Below, in pieces: positions 24,816-36,821 of a stretch of DNA of 64,000 nt (its first letter is position 1; each line of letters begins with the position of its first letter). Location of the stretch: positions 124,930,001 to 124,994,000 of the forward strand of contig OZ360226.1 in NCBI GenBank assembly GCA_977017645.1. Reading direction: 5' to 3'. Under the pieces are notes generated by a model. The model was given only the letters and a program-made list of their open reading frames with translations. It did not search any database and had not been told where the DNA came from. The stretch comes from Torpedo marmorata (taxonomy: Eukaryota). A program made the translations under genes and the position numbers.

Positions 24816-25675
24816 TTTTTTTTTTTTTTTTTGAATATTTTATTTAAAATTTTAAATCACAAAATACATTGTATAAATCGCAAAATTATCAAAATACATG
24901 TGATATATTTTCTCCCTCCCAACCACCCTCCCCACCCTAACCCCCCCACCCAAACTAATCTATAAAATAAAATAAAATAAAATAAAGAAAAGAAAAAAGA
25001 TAAACTAAGGAGAATGTCAATCTACAATAAAAATAACTATAAACTAAAATTTTTGTGGAAATTAGGTTCACCAGCCTGATCCAGTATTCAGAGATCCTCA
25101 AATTTTTATTTTTAAGTCAACCGCTTTTATATATGGGCTCCATATTTTCGAAAAGAAATGATATTTATTACGTAAATTATAAGTAATTTTTTCAAGTGGT
25201 ATACAAGAACGAAGTTCTGCATGCCACCTTTCTAAACCTAAATCTACATCAGATTTCCAAGTGATAGCAATACATTTCTTAGCAACAGCTAAAGCAATTC
25301 TCAGAAACTCTATTTGATACATATTTAATTTCATCATAATACTAATTCTTTTAATATCTCCAAATAAAAATATCATCGGATCCATTGGGAGTATATTTCT
25401 TAATACTTTATCTAAAAATTCCTTAACCTTAAACCAAAAATCCTGAATCTTTGGACAAAACCAAGTAGAATGTACAAAAGAACCTTCTTCCCTATTACAT
25501 CTAAAACACATATCTGATAACGCTGGATTAAACTTCTTTAATTTTTTAGGTGTTAAATATAATTGATGAAAAAAATTATATTGCACTAATCTATATCTGA
25601 CATTAATAATTTTAGTCATACTTAACTTACATAATTCTTTCCAATGTTTTTCTTCTATAGTTACATTCAAATCTG
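24816..25675 (-). mobile_element. 5'-truncated L1, same family as 13880-15973
   Basis: ORF 25098-25709 reads RYRLVQYNFFHQLYLTP..CFRC..CIPLEKITY. Poly-A tail. 13-bp TSD AATGTGGAATATT at 24803-24815 and 25676-25688. Confidence 0.93.
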
Positions 25676-27830
25676 AATGTGGAATATTAAGAAGTAAGAT
25701 TATCTCCACATTTTATCTCAATGTGGAGTTTAATTTGAGTCTTGTGTGACCAATGGGAGGTAAGTATCAGTCAATCACCTTCACGAAGCAATGAAAAAAG
25801 TATATTTTTGAGTTATCATAGAATTATTCAATTGACTTTTTATCCAATTGCTTATTATTAAGCAATTTCTACTTTCTTGCTGTGCAGTCAAATCCATAAA
25901 ACTCATTGTATTAAAAATGTTTCCCAAATGCCATCTCTGATTCCTTGGCCAATTTACTTAATTTGGTTATTGTTCCTTCAGTTTCTTCTTATTTATTCTA
26001 TCAAAAGCCTTCAACATCCTGAACCTCAAACAAATTCCCCTTGAACTTTTATACTGCAAGCAACTGGAAACAGGTTTGCATATTGAATCTGACCAGCTGG
26101 CGAAAAAGGCAATTGTTAGGATATTTAGTTGTTCGTCCCTTACTTAATGGTACATGCTCAGGGTTAGAAGCATGGTACCATTGCAGACATCATCTTGAAA
26201 ATGTTATGAGCAGTTGATACAAATTAAATTTGATCTCTGATATTTTATGTTGTGAAAATTGGCTGTTGGTGCCCACCATCTGATTTCTCTGCAGGGAAAA
26301 CTGAATTGAAATATTTACTCCTTTAAGAATTTGGACCGAATGATATTTCATATTTATGCTCACCTTTTGTGTGAAATGTAACGATCCATCCACCATATCT
26401 GACCCAAGAGTTAGTTAAGCATTATGTTATCTATTAATTAGAAAGTTAGCTATTAAGCAGAAAGTTGATGAAGGAGGTAATGAACAAAAAATGAAAATAG
26501 TTTTTGTTAAAATGTACTTTGGGATTATTGTAATTAATGACTGTATGCAAACCAAATATTTTTAGATTTCCAGGTGGATTTTGATGTAATTTTAGTTCAA
26601 TCAGATGGGAAAGAACTATATTTTGTGTTATCTGATCCAGTTTGAAATTGTTTCCTAAATTAGCACTGTAATATTTTAAATTTAATTTAGAACAAAGCTT
26701 AATTCATAGTGTTTTATGAATGCACAACTCTACTACGGATCTCCAAATAAAGAGCATACCAATCATTAAAAAAATTACAGTAAGTTTCTTTGTTACTCTG
26801 CCAGTCAATGCACATTTTCAGAATTTCTTTTTGTATTCCATGACCAATTCACATTTGTGATATTATAATACCACACGGGTCACAAAAGGCAATGTTTCTG
26901 AGAAGTTGTTTCCTTACTATTGGTACAATTTGTGCCTGGCAATTAATGGAAAATTGATGCTTAGGACTCAATTCAGATTCAGCTTACAACCTATTACTAT
27001 ATATGAAACATGCCAGTGACTTTGCATTCAGCTCAATCTGCGTGTTGAAGGACTATTCAGTTTAACTTCTATATTTAGAAGTTAAGGCAAATTGCTTGGT
27101 CTAAATATTTAAAGCAAAACTGCCACTGGTTGTACATGTTGTTTTGGGTACTAGAGATGCCGTTTGAGGACAAATATGTAACATGTAAACACCTGTCATA
27201 AATTACATCAAATACCACATTTGAAGGCTTGAGCGTACATAGAGCAGCTGTCTGCTGGTGCACTATAAAGCCAATCTGTGCAACACAGTTTAAAACTCAC
27301 TTTTGCAATTTTGGAGCTGAATGCTTCAGTCATCACATTGGGCCGGATTAATCTGGCTTAATGCATGTGCCTGACCTCACCCTTTTCCTGTAGCCACTTA
27401 CCCTTTGCAGCTCTGTAGGGTCTATATACTGGATATGTAGATGCTGCAAGTGGACCTGTGAAGTGGAACATGTCATGGGCAATGACTTCTCCTTAGGCAG
27501 TAGGTCCTGAGACCCTGTTCTGGAATAGTCTCATGCCTTTCAACAACCTGCTGTCAAAGGTGCTTTGAACTGGTTTTAAGATTTCAGACAGCCTAAGTTG
27601 TTTAAAAGCAGTTTAAATAGATTTAAATTATTAAATTAAAAATATAAAAAATATTAAAATCAATTAAGATATAAAAATGAACTTACTTGAAATTATCTAG
27701 AACTATAAAAATTAATAGAAAGCATAAAGATGAAAGTAAAATAAAGAAAAATAAGCAAAACAGTTTCTTGCACTTATGATCTAAATCAAATTTGATGACC
27801 TTGTTTGAATGTCTTGGCTATGCTATACAG

Positions 27831-28524
27831 CAGGGGTGGCCAAACCGCGGCTCACGAGCCACATATAATGTGCAGCTCGCGGAAATATGTTGGCTGAGAC
27901 AGGAATCGTACGAGCCGGTGCTAACAGTAGTAGTTTTAGTGGGTGTGGCTTGCAATCGCATGATTGTGGTGTGTGTGGCTATGTTGCTGGCAGTGAAATT
28001 AGCGGAGTGTTATCCAGGCCGCCCGCCCTCCGGAGCTCCCGACGCCCCCACCGCGGACTCTCGCCTCGGCCCCAGTCGCCCGCCCACCAGAGCTCCCGAC
28101 ACCTCGGCCGCCCTCACGCTGTACCGTGTAATGAAGTTTGTGAAGTCGAAGCATCGTGCAATCCTTACAAATCAACACCTGACAGAGCTAATTCATACAG
28201 CCTTGACAACATATCAACCGGATTTTCAATGACTCACAGTCAAGATGGAGACTCACAATAATCAATCAGGATTTTGAAAATATTTGGTATGTATATGTGT
28301 ACTTTTTGATTATTGAAACTAATACAAATTAACAGTTTAAAAACTACATACATGAATAAATATTATTATGTACATGTATTTCTTAATATTTGTATAACAT
28401 TTTTGTGACAAGATATGCATGCAAGAGTAAAACATGTATGTAATATTTTTTCATGTCTTGTGGCTCTCAAACATCTGAAGTTTATCGTATGTGGCTCTTA
28501 CGTTAAGCAACTTTGGCCACCCTG
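27831..28524 (+). mobile_element. Non-autonomous hAT (Charlie/SPIN-like) retaining the transposase C-terminus
   Basis: TIRs CAGGGGTGGCCAAA and TTTGGCCACCCTG. 8-bp TSD CTATACAG at 27823-27830 and 28525-28532. 28125-28232 encodes VMKFVKSKHRAILTNQHL..ALTTYQPDF, typical of the Charlie/GTF2IRD2-type C-terminus. Confidence 0.88.
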
Positions 28525-28823
28525 CTATACAGGCTAGTTACCCCAGTATAAAAATGAGGGGCTGTTTGCACTGGAGATCTTGACGTAATCTTAGAATTTT
28601 TCGGTAGCTGTTGTGTAAAGACAATCTTTTTTTTACTCAAAGAGAACTAACTATATTACATTATCTCTTTCCAGTAGGCATGGAGAGTTTAATCTCTCTT
28701 GGACTACAGGCTTCTCCATGGCATATGGTGTAGATTGCATTTGTATGCACAAACATGGCTTTGCAGCATTGTATATCCACCGATAGCCTGGAAATAATTG
28801 CAGATTCCACTCTCTCCTTGGTA

Positions 28824-29570
28824 AGTACACAAAAGTGCTGGAGAAACTCAGCAGGTCCTACAGTGTCCATAGGAGACAAAGATATACTGTATAACCAATG
28901 TTTCGGGCCTGAGCCCTTTGTCAAGATCTGAGCAAAAAGCAGGCAGGTGCCTGAATAAAAAGAAGGGTGGAGGAGGGAAGGTGAGGCATGGGGAGGAACA
29001 CAAGCCAACACCCAAGAGGCCATAGATGGACATGCAGTAGATAGGAGGGCAGGAGAGAAAAGCTGAGAATTGATTGGGGTAGGGGAGTAGCAAAGGAGAC
29101 AGAGGGATAGGGAAAGAGAGAGAGAGAGAAGGGGTGGGGAGCTGGAGGAAAGGAGACATAGAGATAGGGAAAGAGAGGGGCGTGGGGGGGGCGTAAATGG
29201 GGCCTTAAAGGAAACCTGAGAAATCTATATTAATGCCATCTGGTTGGAGAGTGCCCAGATGGAATATGAAGTGTTGTTCCTCCAATTTGCAGATTGTCTC
29301 AGTTTGGTAGTGCATAAGACCATGGGCAGACATGTTGGCATGGGAATGGGGCATGGGCTTGCCACTGGGAAATCCCTGCTATTATAGCGGATAGAGTGAA
29401 GATGCTCAACGAAGCGATCCCACAGTCTGCGTCCAGTCTCTCCGATGTAGAGGATGCCACACTGGGAGCACTGGATGCAGCAGCTGGTATGTGAGGACAG
29501 AGCGCATGCCTAGAAAAGAAGTCGCTCAGTCTATGCCCGGTCTCACCAATGTGGAGGAGGCCATACTGAG
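28824..29570 (-). mobile_element. Penelope-like element: terminal repeat plus GIY-YIG remnants
   Basis: The minus strand has the TTGACAAAGGGCTCAGGCCCGAAAC terminus and CIQCSQCGILYIGETGRRL..RF.EH. A second LHIGETGHRL piece lies at ~29520-29570. Confidence 0.82.
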
Positions 29571-30412
29571 AGAATAGAATATCATAAGAAATAGGAGCAG
29601 GAGAAGGCCATTTGGCCCATCTAGCCTGCTCTGCCTTTCAATAAGATATTGGCTGATCTGGCTGTGGGCTCAGCTCCACTTACTGCCCATTTCCCATAAC
29701 CTTAATTACCCTTTTATACAAAATTTATTTATCTGTGTCTTAAATACATTTAATGAGACTGCCTCCACTGCTTCTTTGGCCAGTGAATTTCATAGATTCA
29801 CTACTCTCTGGGACTAACAGTTCGTCCTCAACCCTATCTTAAATCTACTGCCCCAAATATTGAGGCTATGTCCCCTAGTTCTACATTCACCTGATGGTGG
29901 AAACAATCTCTCTGCTTCTATCTTATTTATTTCATTTATAATTTTATATGTTTACGATTCCCCCTTATCCTTCTAAACTCCAATGAGTTGGAGGCTACTC
30001 AATGTCTCCTCATAACCTAACCCCCTCATTTGCAGAATCAACCTGGTGAACCTTCTCTGCACCACCTCCAAAGCCATTATATCCTTTCTCAAGTAAGGAG
30101 ACCAGAATTGCACACTGTACTCTGGGTGAGACATTACCATTGCTCTGTACAATTGCAGCAGAACATCCTGCTCTTAAATTCAATCACTCTGGCATTGAAG
30201 GATAACATCCAATTTGCTTCTTGATTACCTGCTGCACCTGCTAACTAATTTCTAGTGATTCATGTACAAACACATCCAGGTCTCTCTGCACTACAGCATG
30301 CTGCAATTTTTCACCATTTAAATATTAGTCCATTTTACTATTTTTTCTTCCAAGTGATGACCAAACATTTACCAACATTGTACTCCATCTGCCAGACCGT
30401 TACCCACACCCA
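29571..30412 (-). mobile_element. 5'-truncated CR1 inserted in the Penelope element
   Basis: CR1 3' UTR (CATAAGAAATAGGAGCAGGAG..GGCCATT) and a degraded RT C-terminus on the minus strand. Confidence 0.85.
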
Positions 30413-30912
30413 GAACATAATGCAGTAGATAATGTTATATTAGGTTCCTGTAAAATTCTGCCTCACCTGTAAGGGCTGTTTAGATCCCTTGATGAAGGTG
30501 AGGGGAGAGGTATCGGAACAGGTGTTAAACCTCCTACGGTTGCAACAGAAGGTGCCTGGGCAGGTGGAAAGATGGGTAGGGAGGGAAGAGTGAACAAGGG
30601 AGTTATGGAGAGTGTAGTCCCTGCAAAAAGGCAGAGTTCTGTCTGGGGGGAAATGGGGTGAACAGAAGTGTTTGAAATGAAGATATAATGAGGGCTTTAT
30701 CAACTACTGTATATTTGGGGGTGGGAGGGTAGCTACATTTCCTGAAAAAGGAGGCATTTTGGATGTCCTGGAGTGGAAAGACTTTTGTTAAGAACAGATA
30801 TGGCAGAGATGGAGAAGCTGAGAGAAGGGAATGGCGTCCCTACAAGTGATAGGATGGGAGGATGTGCAGTCCAGGTCGCAGAGGGAGTCAGCAGGTTGAT
30901 AATGAATGTCAT
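30413..30912 (-). mobile_element. Penelope ORF remnant, resuming at 34342-34450 after the LTR element
   Basis: PGTFCCNRRRFNTCSDTSPLTFIKGSKQPLQVRQNFTGT..IIYCI is the pre-GIY-YIG linker. PFLNLCVSISED (RT motif PFLD) lies beyond 34341. Confidence 0.8.
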
Positions 30913-31170
30913 TGTGGTAAATCACTGTAAATACCTGTATATATGTTTATGGTCGTCTGGACACGCCCCTTACTGGCTGTACCTGTGGCTCCTCCCACAG
31001 ACCCCTGAATAAAGGCTATTGGGCCACAGGTCCCTCCCCAGTCAAGCACAGACGACCACCAGGAATGTGCTTCCATTCCAATGTGAATAAAAGCCTATCA
31101 GTTCTTGCTTAACTTCTAGTCTTTTGGAGTTATTGATGGTGCATCAATTTTATTCACATTGTTTTCGATA

Positions 31171-32244
31171 ATGGATCAGTACCTGCAACCTGAAAAGTTG
31201 GAGCTAGACCCTCAATCACCCAAGGCATCCAATGGTTTTGAACACAGGATGCGTTGTTTCGAGGCATTCTTGAGGGCCTCCACTACTGTCGTTCAATCTG
31301 AGGACGACAAACTGCAATTGCTACATTCCTGGGTGGGGCCCCGGGTGTACTCGATGATCAGGGACGCTGAATCTTACTGGGAGGCCATGGACATGCTGAA
31401 AGGCCAGTACCTGAAGAAGGTAAATGAAGTCTATGCGAGACATCCCCTGGCTACTCGAAAACAGCGACCTGGGGAATCGAGCGACGAGTACCTACGGGCC
31501 CTGCGAACCCTCGGACGGGCCTGTAGCTGCAAGGCCGTTAAGGCCGCGATGTACAGAGAGGACCTCATAAGAGATGCCTATGTCACCGGTATACGATCGA
31601 ACTACATAAGGCAGAGACTGTTGGAGCAAGGTGAGCTCAACTTGCAGAGGGCCGTGGACCTAGCGGGCATGCTAGAAGTGGCCCTCCAAAATATGGACGT
31701 ATACTCTGCCAATAGCGCGGCCGCATCGTGGTTGCCGAAGGCGCTGCCGACTTGGGACGCGGGAGGGCTGCAAGCCTGTGGAACACTGCCACGTTTCGTT
31801 AGCGACTCGACCACGGCTGCTATGACTTGCGACCAGCCGAAGTGCTACTTCTGCGGGCTGGATAAGCACCCCCGGAAATGCTGCCCTTTGAAAGACGCGG
31901 TCTGCACTAGCTGCGGGAAGAAGGGGCATTACGTGAAAGTCTGCAAGTCCAAACTGCCATCTAGACCCAGCAGCGCCGCGTGCGAGCAGAGGGCGCCGCC
32001 ATCTTGGGCGCCGTCATCTTCCCAACTCAGCAGTGCCGCGTGCGAACCGTGGGGGCCGCCATCTTGGATGTTGCCATCTTCCCAACTCAGCAGTGCCGCG
32101 TGCGAACCATGGGGGCCGCCATCTTGGACCGTGCCATCTCGGACACCCGAACACCGCATCACCCTACCGAACCCGACAGCGACTCAGTACTGGCCTCCAT
32201 CACATCAGATCAAGGGAGCCCCCATCAACTGGCCAGATCGATGA
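31171..32244 (+). CDS. Gag of element A (open reading; zinc knuckles)
   Basis: MDQYLQPEKLELDP..RKQRPGES.DEY..IRQRLLE..CYFCGLDKH..CPLKDAVCTSCGKKGHYVKVC. The tail is shifted out of frame from the protease. Confidence 0.8.
   Translation: MDQYLQPEKLELDPQSPKASNGFEHRMRCFEAFLRASTTVVQSEDDKLQLLHSWVGPRVYSMIRDAESYWEAMDMLKGQYLKKVNEVYARHPLATRKQRPGESSDEYLRALRTLGRACSCKAVKAAMYREDLIRDAYVTGIRSNYIRQRLLEQGELNLQRAVDLAGMLEVALQNMDVYSANSAAASWLPKALPTWDAGGLQACGTLPRFVSDSTTAAMTCDQPKCYFCGLDKHPRKCCPLKDAVCTSCGKKGHYVKVCKSKLPSRPSSAACEQRAPPSWAPSSSQLSSAACEPWGPPSWMLPSSQLSSAACEPWGPPSWTVPSRTPEHRITLPNPTATQYWPPSHQIKGAPINWPDR
31969..32140 (+). repeat. 60-bp tandem repeat x3 (SSAACEPWGPPSW) with GCCGCCATCTTGG motifs
   Basis: CAGCAG(C/T)GCCGCGTGCGA..GCCGCCATCTTGG recurs with a 60-bp period. 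Confidence 0.9.
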
Positions 32245-34051
32245 TGGACATTGAGGTGGATGGCCACAAGACGAGCTGCCTCTTCGATAGTGGGAGCAGA
32301 GAGTTTTATACACCCCGACACGGTACAGCATTGCTGCCTCGCAGTAATGCCGGTAAGCCACAAAGTCTCCATGGCTTCCAAGTCCCACACAGCAGAGATC
32401 CGTGGTTACTGTGTAGTGACCCTGACTGTGCTGGGCACAGAGTATAAACTTTTTTAATTACTTGTCATGCCACAGCTCTGCGTGGACGTGCTACTGGGGC
32501 TAGACTTCCAATGTCACCTTAAAAGCATGACGTTGGAGTACGATGGGCCACATCCCCCCCTTACCGTCTGTAATCCGCAGTTTGTAAACCACCCATCGCA
32601 ACTCACCCACAGAAGATCCCCGGTTTCCCCTCCTATTGCGGCCAGCGACCCACCGATCGCCCACCGCGCGTGACCTGCGGTCTTTCTACCTTCCGGATCA
32701 CCCCTCCACTGCTGTTTGCTAACCTTACCCTCGACTGCAAACCAGTGGCCACCAAAAGTAGGCGATACAGTGCCGGGGACAGGGCCTTTATCAGGTCGGA
32801 AGTGCAGCGGCTGTTGAAGGAGGGGATTATTGAAGCCAGCACCAGCCCCTGGAGAGCCCAAGTGGTGGTGGCAAAAAATGGGGAGAAGAACAGGATGGTC
32901 ATCGATTATAGTCAGACCATCAACCGTCATACGCACCTGGATGCGTACCCCCTCCCCCGCATAGCCGACATGGTGAACCAGATCGCCCAATACCATCGAC
33001 TTAAAGTTGGCATACCACCAACTCCCCATCCAACCGGAGGACCACCAATACACTGCCTTCGAGGCAGATGGCCGCCTCTATCATTTTCTGAGGGTTCCAG
33101 TGGGAGATGGACCGTATGGTTGACCAGCACGGGCTGCAGGCCACATTCCCGTATCTGGATAATATCACCATTTGCGGCCATGACCTACAGGATCATGAAG
33201 CCAACCTCCAAAGATTCCTCCAGACCGCCAAGCTCCTCATCCTTACTTATAATAAGGATAAATGCGTCTTTGGCACAACACGCCTGGCTATCCTTGGCTG
33301 CGTCGTACAGGATGGAGTGATTGGCCCAGATCCAAACCGCATGCGCCCCCTGTTGGAACTCCCCCTTCCCCACAGCCTCAAAGCCCTGAAAAGGTGCCTG
33401 GGCTTCTTTTCCTATTATGCCCAGTGGGTTCCCAATTATGCGGCCAAGGCCTGCCCCCTCGTCAAATCCACCTCTTTTCCTCTGACGTCAGAGGCCCGCG
33501 CGGCCTTCAGCCACATCAAGGTGGACATCGCCAAGGCTGCGATGCACGCTGTGGACGAATCCACCCCGTTCCATGTGGTGAGCGATGCGTCTGACTTCGC
33601 CCTGGCCACCACCGTCAACCAAGCGGGCAGACCTGTAGCTTTCTTTTCCCGCACCCTCCAGGTCCCAGAAATCTGACACTCCTCTGTCGAGAAAGAGGCC
33701 CAAGCCATTGTCGAGGCGGTGCACCACGCCAACCCCCAATACGCCTACGTGACGTACCCTGATGGGCGGGAGGACACGGTCTCCGTTCGGGACCTGGCGC
33801 CCTCAGGAGTCTCTGACACCACTGATGCCCCCTCCCCACCTACCGCCACCCACAATGCACCGTTACCATGGCAAGTGACCCCAGCTCCGGGGGATGGCTT
33901 GCCAGATCCTTCGCCGCCACACATCCACCAAGACAGAGCCGACAACAACACACAGGTGGTACAATCAGGACTGGATGCAACAGCTGCACCGCAGCCGGTA
34001 CTACGACGGTCGCAGCGGCAGACCAGACCACCTGAAAGACTGAATCTGTAA
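32150..34051 (+). pseudogene. pol of element A (protease, RT, RNase H, integrase C-tail)
   Basis: CLFDSGS, SPWRAQVVV, RMVIDYSQTINR, DAYPLPRI, FPYLDNITI, SDASDFAL, EKEAQAIVEAV fused to HANPQYAYV..RRSQRQTRPPERLNL. Confidence 0.92.
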
Positions 34052-34956
34052 GAACTTTAATTCACTTCACCCCGCAGGACTCTTTTTAAAAAGGAGGGGT
34101 GAATGTGGTAAACCACTGTAAATACCTGTATATATGTTAATGATCGTCTGGACACACCCCTTACTGGCTGTACCTGTGGCTCCTCCCACAGACCCCTGAA
34201 TAAAGGCTATTTTGCCACTGCTCCCTCCCCATTCCAGCACAGACGACCACCAGGAATGTGCTTCCATTCCAATGTGAATAAAGCCTATCAGTTCTTGTTT
34301 AACTTCTAGTCTTTCGAAGTTATTGTTGGTGCATCAGTCATTAGATAGTCTTCTGAGATGGAGACACAAAGATTCAGAAAGGGAGATGATGGGGAGAGAT
34401 TTGGAAAGGGAGGTCCATGTGCGTGCTCATGGCTACATCTTTGATGTGAAGAAAGTGGGAGGATCAGTTGAGCTGATTGTTTTGGAAACATGTCTGATAT
34501 TAATCGTGGAGTTTTTACATGCTTTACTTTTAGTGCTGATTTAACAATTTTTTTCAATGGGCTAGAACGTGCTTGGAACTTATGTTTAAAATCCCAAAAA
34601 TAGTAAATCCACGTTTCCAGGGTGATTTTGTGGATATTGGACTCTGTTCAAGGTTTCCACCTGTACTCTAACATGAACTTTATGACTTCCCAGGACTTGC
34701 TCTGTGGAACCTGTGTTTTGAACATGAACCAAGATAGTCGATGCAGGGACAGCAACACTGTTTCTTTCCATGTACAGGGATGTCTGCAAGAGAGAATAAT
34801 AACTAAAAGGTAATGTACATTTTTGGTAATTATATTTATGTTAATATTTTTAATTATTTAATAATTTTATATTTCTCACCAGTCTTCTCTCATACTTTTG
34901 CCATTTTTAATCCTATTTACGTCCTCTTTTAATTTTTTATATGTTATTTTAAATTT

Positions 34957-35168
34957 AGCACAGTAACAGACCCTCCCGGCCCAAAAGCCCACACCGACCC
35001 AATACACCCATGTGAGCAATTAACTTACCAACCCCATATGACTTTAGAACGTGGGAAGAAACCCATGCAGACACGGAGAATGTACAAACTCCTTACAGAC
35101 AGCTCTGGATTTGAATTCGTGTCACTGGCACTGTAATAGCACTGCGCTAACCGCAATGTTAACTGTGT
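34957..35168 (-). mobile_element. tRNA-derived V-SINE (HE1-like)
   Basis: The minus strand reads GCGGTTAGCGCAGTGCTATTACAG..GAATTCAAATCC (A/B boxes), then CTGTCTGTAAGGAGTTTGTACATTCTCCGTGTCTGCATGGGTTTC (V-domain) and a LINE-like tail. Confidence 0.82.
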
Positions 35169-35309
35169 GTTTTGAGATTTATAAATTTGATTTTTTAACG
35201 GCTTTTGAATACTTCTGAATGACAGTTTTTTAGAGGCAGCAAAGCTCTGCCAGTTATTAATGGATTTTTTAGCCATTTTGTGGGCAGGGCTTGTTTTGGC
35301 CAATTCTCT

Positions 35310-36138
35310 AGATTCAAGATTCAATTTATTGTCATGTAATAAAGACAGTGCAATATTACACGGAATTTGTTTTCGTCTGCCGTAAGGCAGACAGATTCGC
35401 CATCGGCAGAAATTGCCTGAAGCGCCTCTTACAGTCAGAGAAAGAGAAGCAAAAGAAAGTCCCCTCAGAGTCACCGTGTGTCCATGGATTTTCCCCCAGT
35501 GCTCCCGCAGCCCCTGCAGCCACACAGAAACCATCAACAGCCTGAGGTCCAGATCCGAACCTCCAACACGATCAGGAACCCTTCAGTGCCCTCGGCACCC
35601 TCCTGAATACCAGTTCCGATACCTGGTACCCCTTCAGCCAGTCTTGAGCCAGTTTCCAGCAGTCAGCAGCCCGGTGTGAATCCCTCGACCGCAGTCGCCA
35701 GCAGCCCACAGCCTGTATGGGTTCTTCGCCTTGAGTCACCAACAGCTTGCCGCCTGTTTGTTCTTCAGCCTCTGAGGCTCTCACTGGCACCACCATGGTC
35801 TCCGTCTCGTGGGTCGTCTCCTCTGCTCTCCTCAAATGGAAGGTGGTCTCCTCGTTTTCTGGTTCCCTGCACCAGTCCTCTGCTTCCCGGAGTCTGTAAC
35901 CCCTCGTGGCTGCTGCAAATCATAGGTGCCACCATCTTGGGCCAGACGATGCGGTTGCAGTATTTTTAAATAAAACCACCGTTGGCTACATTTACAGGCC
36001 ATTTAAAGCCTGTACGGAGCCGACAGCAGTCGACCTGGGCAGTTGGACCCCATGGGAGCACTGTGACTCCGCTCACCGCAGGTCCACACCAGCGGCAGCG
36101 CTGCCGCTGCAGCAGCTCTGGCAGCGCCGTCATTTTCC
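35310..36138 (-). mobile_element. Non-autonomous ~830-bp retroelement (copy 2)
   Basis: End-to-end similarity to 5010-5845. The minus strand starts GGAAAATGACGGCGCTG and ends in a (TTGAATC)n tail. Confidence 0.8.
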
Positions 36139-36261
36139 AGACTTGTAATGACATTACATTACAGAAGGCTTCGGTGCCATGCAAGCTGTCAACATTTAAG
36201 ATCTAAACTATATTTAGCGCCATGTCGGCATTAGGCGATATGCAAAATGTCAGCTGAAAGC

Positions 36262-36604
36262 CAGGCCTGGATTAACCATTAAGCAAAATAAGCACGTGCT
36301 TAGGGCACCAAGGGAAGGGGGCACCACAGAGTTTTTTTCCAGTGCCAGATTTACCATGGTGCAGCTGAACTAGGGCCCCACAAAAAGGGGGACCCCACAA
36401 TAAATGAAAAAAAAACATATATATACAGGTTATATTTAATATAGTTGTGGGGTCTGGCCTGGAGGAAAACTGAATTTTTAATCTATTATTTCACATTCAG
36501 CACTTATTGAGTCTTAATGTCTTGTCAGTTGGACAATGGAAGGGTCAAAGGGGAACCATTGTAGGGCTGTGCTTAGGGCATCAGTTGGCCTTAATCCGGC
36601 CCTG
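36262..36604. mobile_element. hAT-type MITE
   Basis: TIRs CAGGCCTGGATTAA and TTAATCCGGCCCTG. Subterminal GTGCTTAGGGCA near both ends. The 8-bp flanks match only partly (CTGAAAGC and AGTTAAGC). Confidence 0.7.
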
Positions 36605-36614
36605 AGTTAAGCAG

Positions 36615-36821
36615 GAAACCACCTCTTACCTGTTAACCTGTACTCCTCCCCCTGCCCCATCCTCCCTCCTCTCTTCTTCTCCCCCAACCTTTTCATTCAG
36701 ACACCTTGCCTGCTTTTTGCTCATACCTTGACAAAGGGCTCAGGCCCGAAACGTTGGTTACCCTTTACTTCCTATACATGCTGCGTGGCCTGCTGAGTTT
36801 CTCCAGCACTTTTGTGTATTG
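36615..36821 (+). mobile_element. Penelope-like terminal fragment with hammerhead-like motif
   Basis: CCTTGACAAAGGGCTCAGGCCCGAAACGTTGG..CCTGCTGAGTTTCTCCAGCA. Confidence 0.8.

Larger units (their letters stand above)
30913..34336 (+). mobile_element. Ty3/Gypsy LTR retrotransposon A (Mag/SURL-like gag, YLDN RT), internally deleted
   Basis: LTRs at 30913-31146 and 34104-34336 (TG..CA, roughly 6% diverged by eye). 5-bp TSD GTCAT. PPT AAAAAGGAGGGGTGAA at 34088-34103. gag-PR-RT-RH present; most of the integrase is deleted. Confidence 0.95.

Noticed and set aside
31980-32447. Programmed gag-pol frameshift in element A
   Set aside because: In element B the ACDPWG repeat and the protease are in one frame, so the shift in A is more likely a post-insertion indel.
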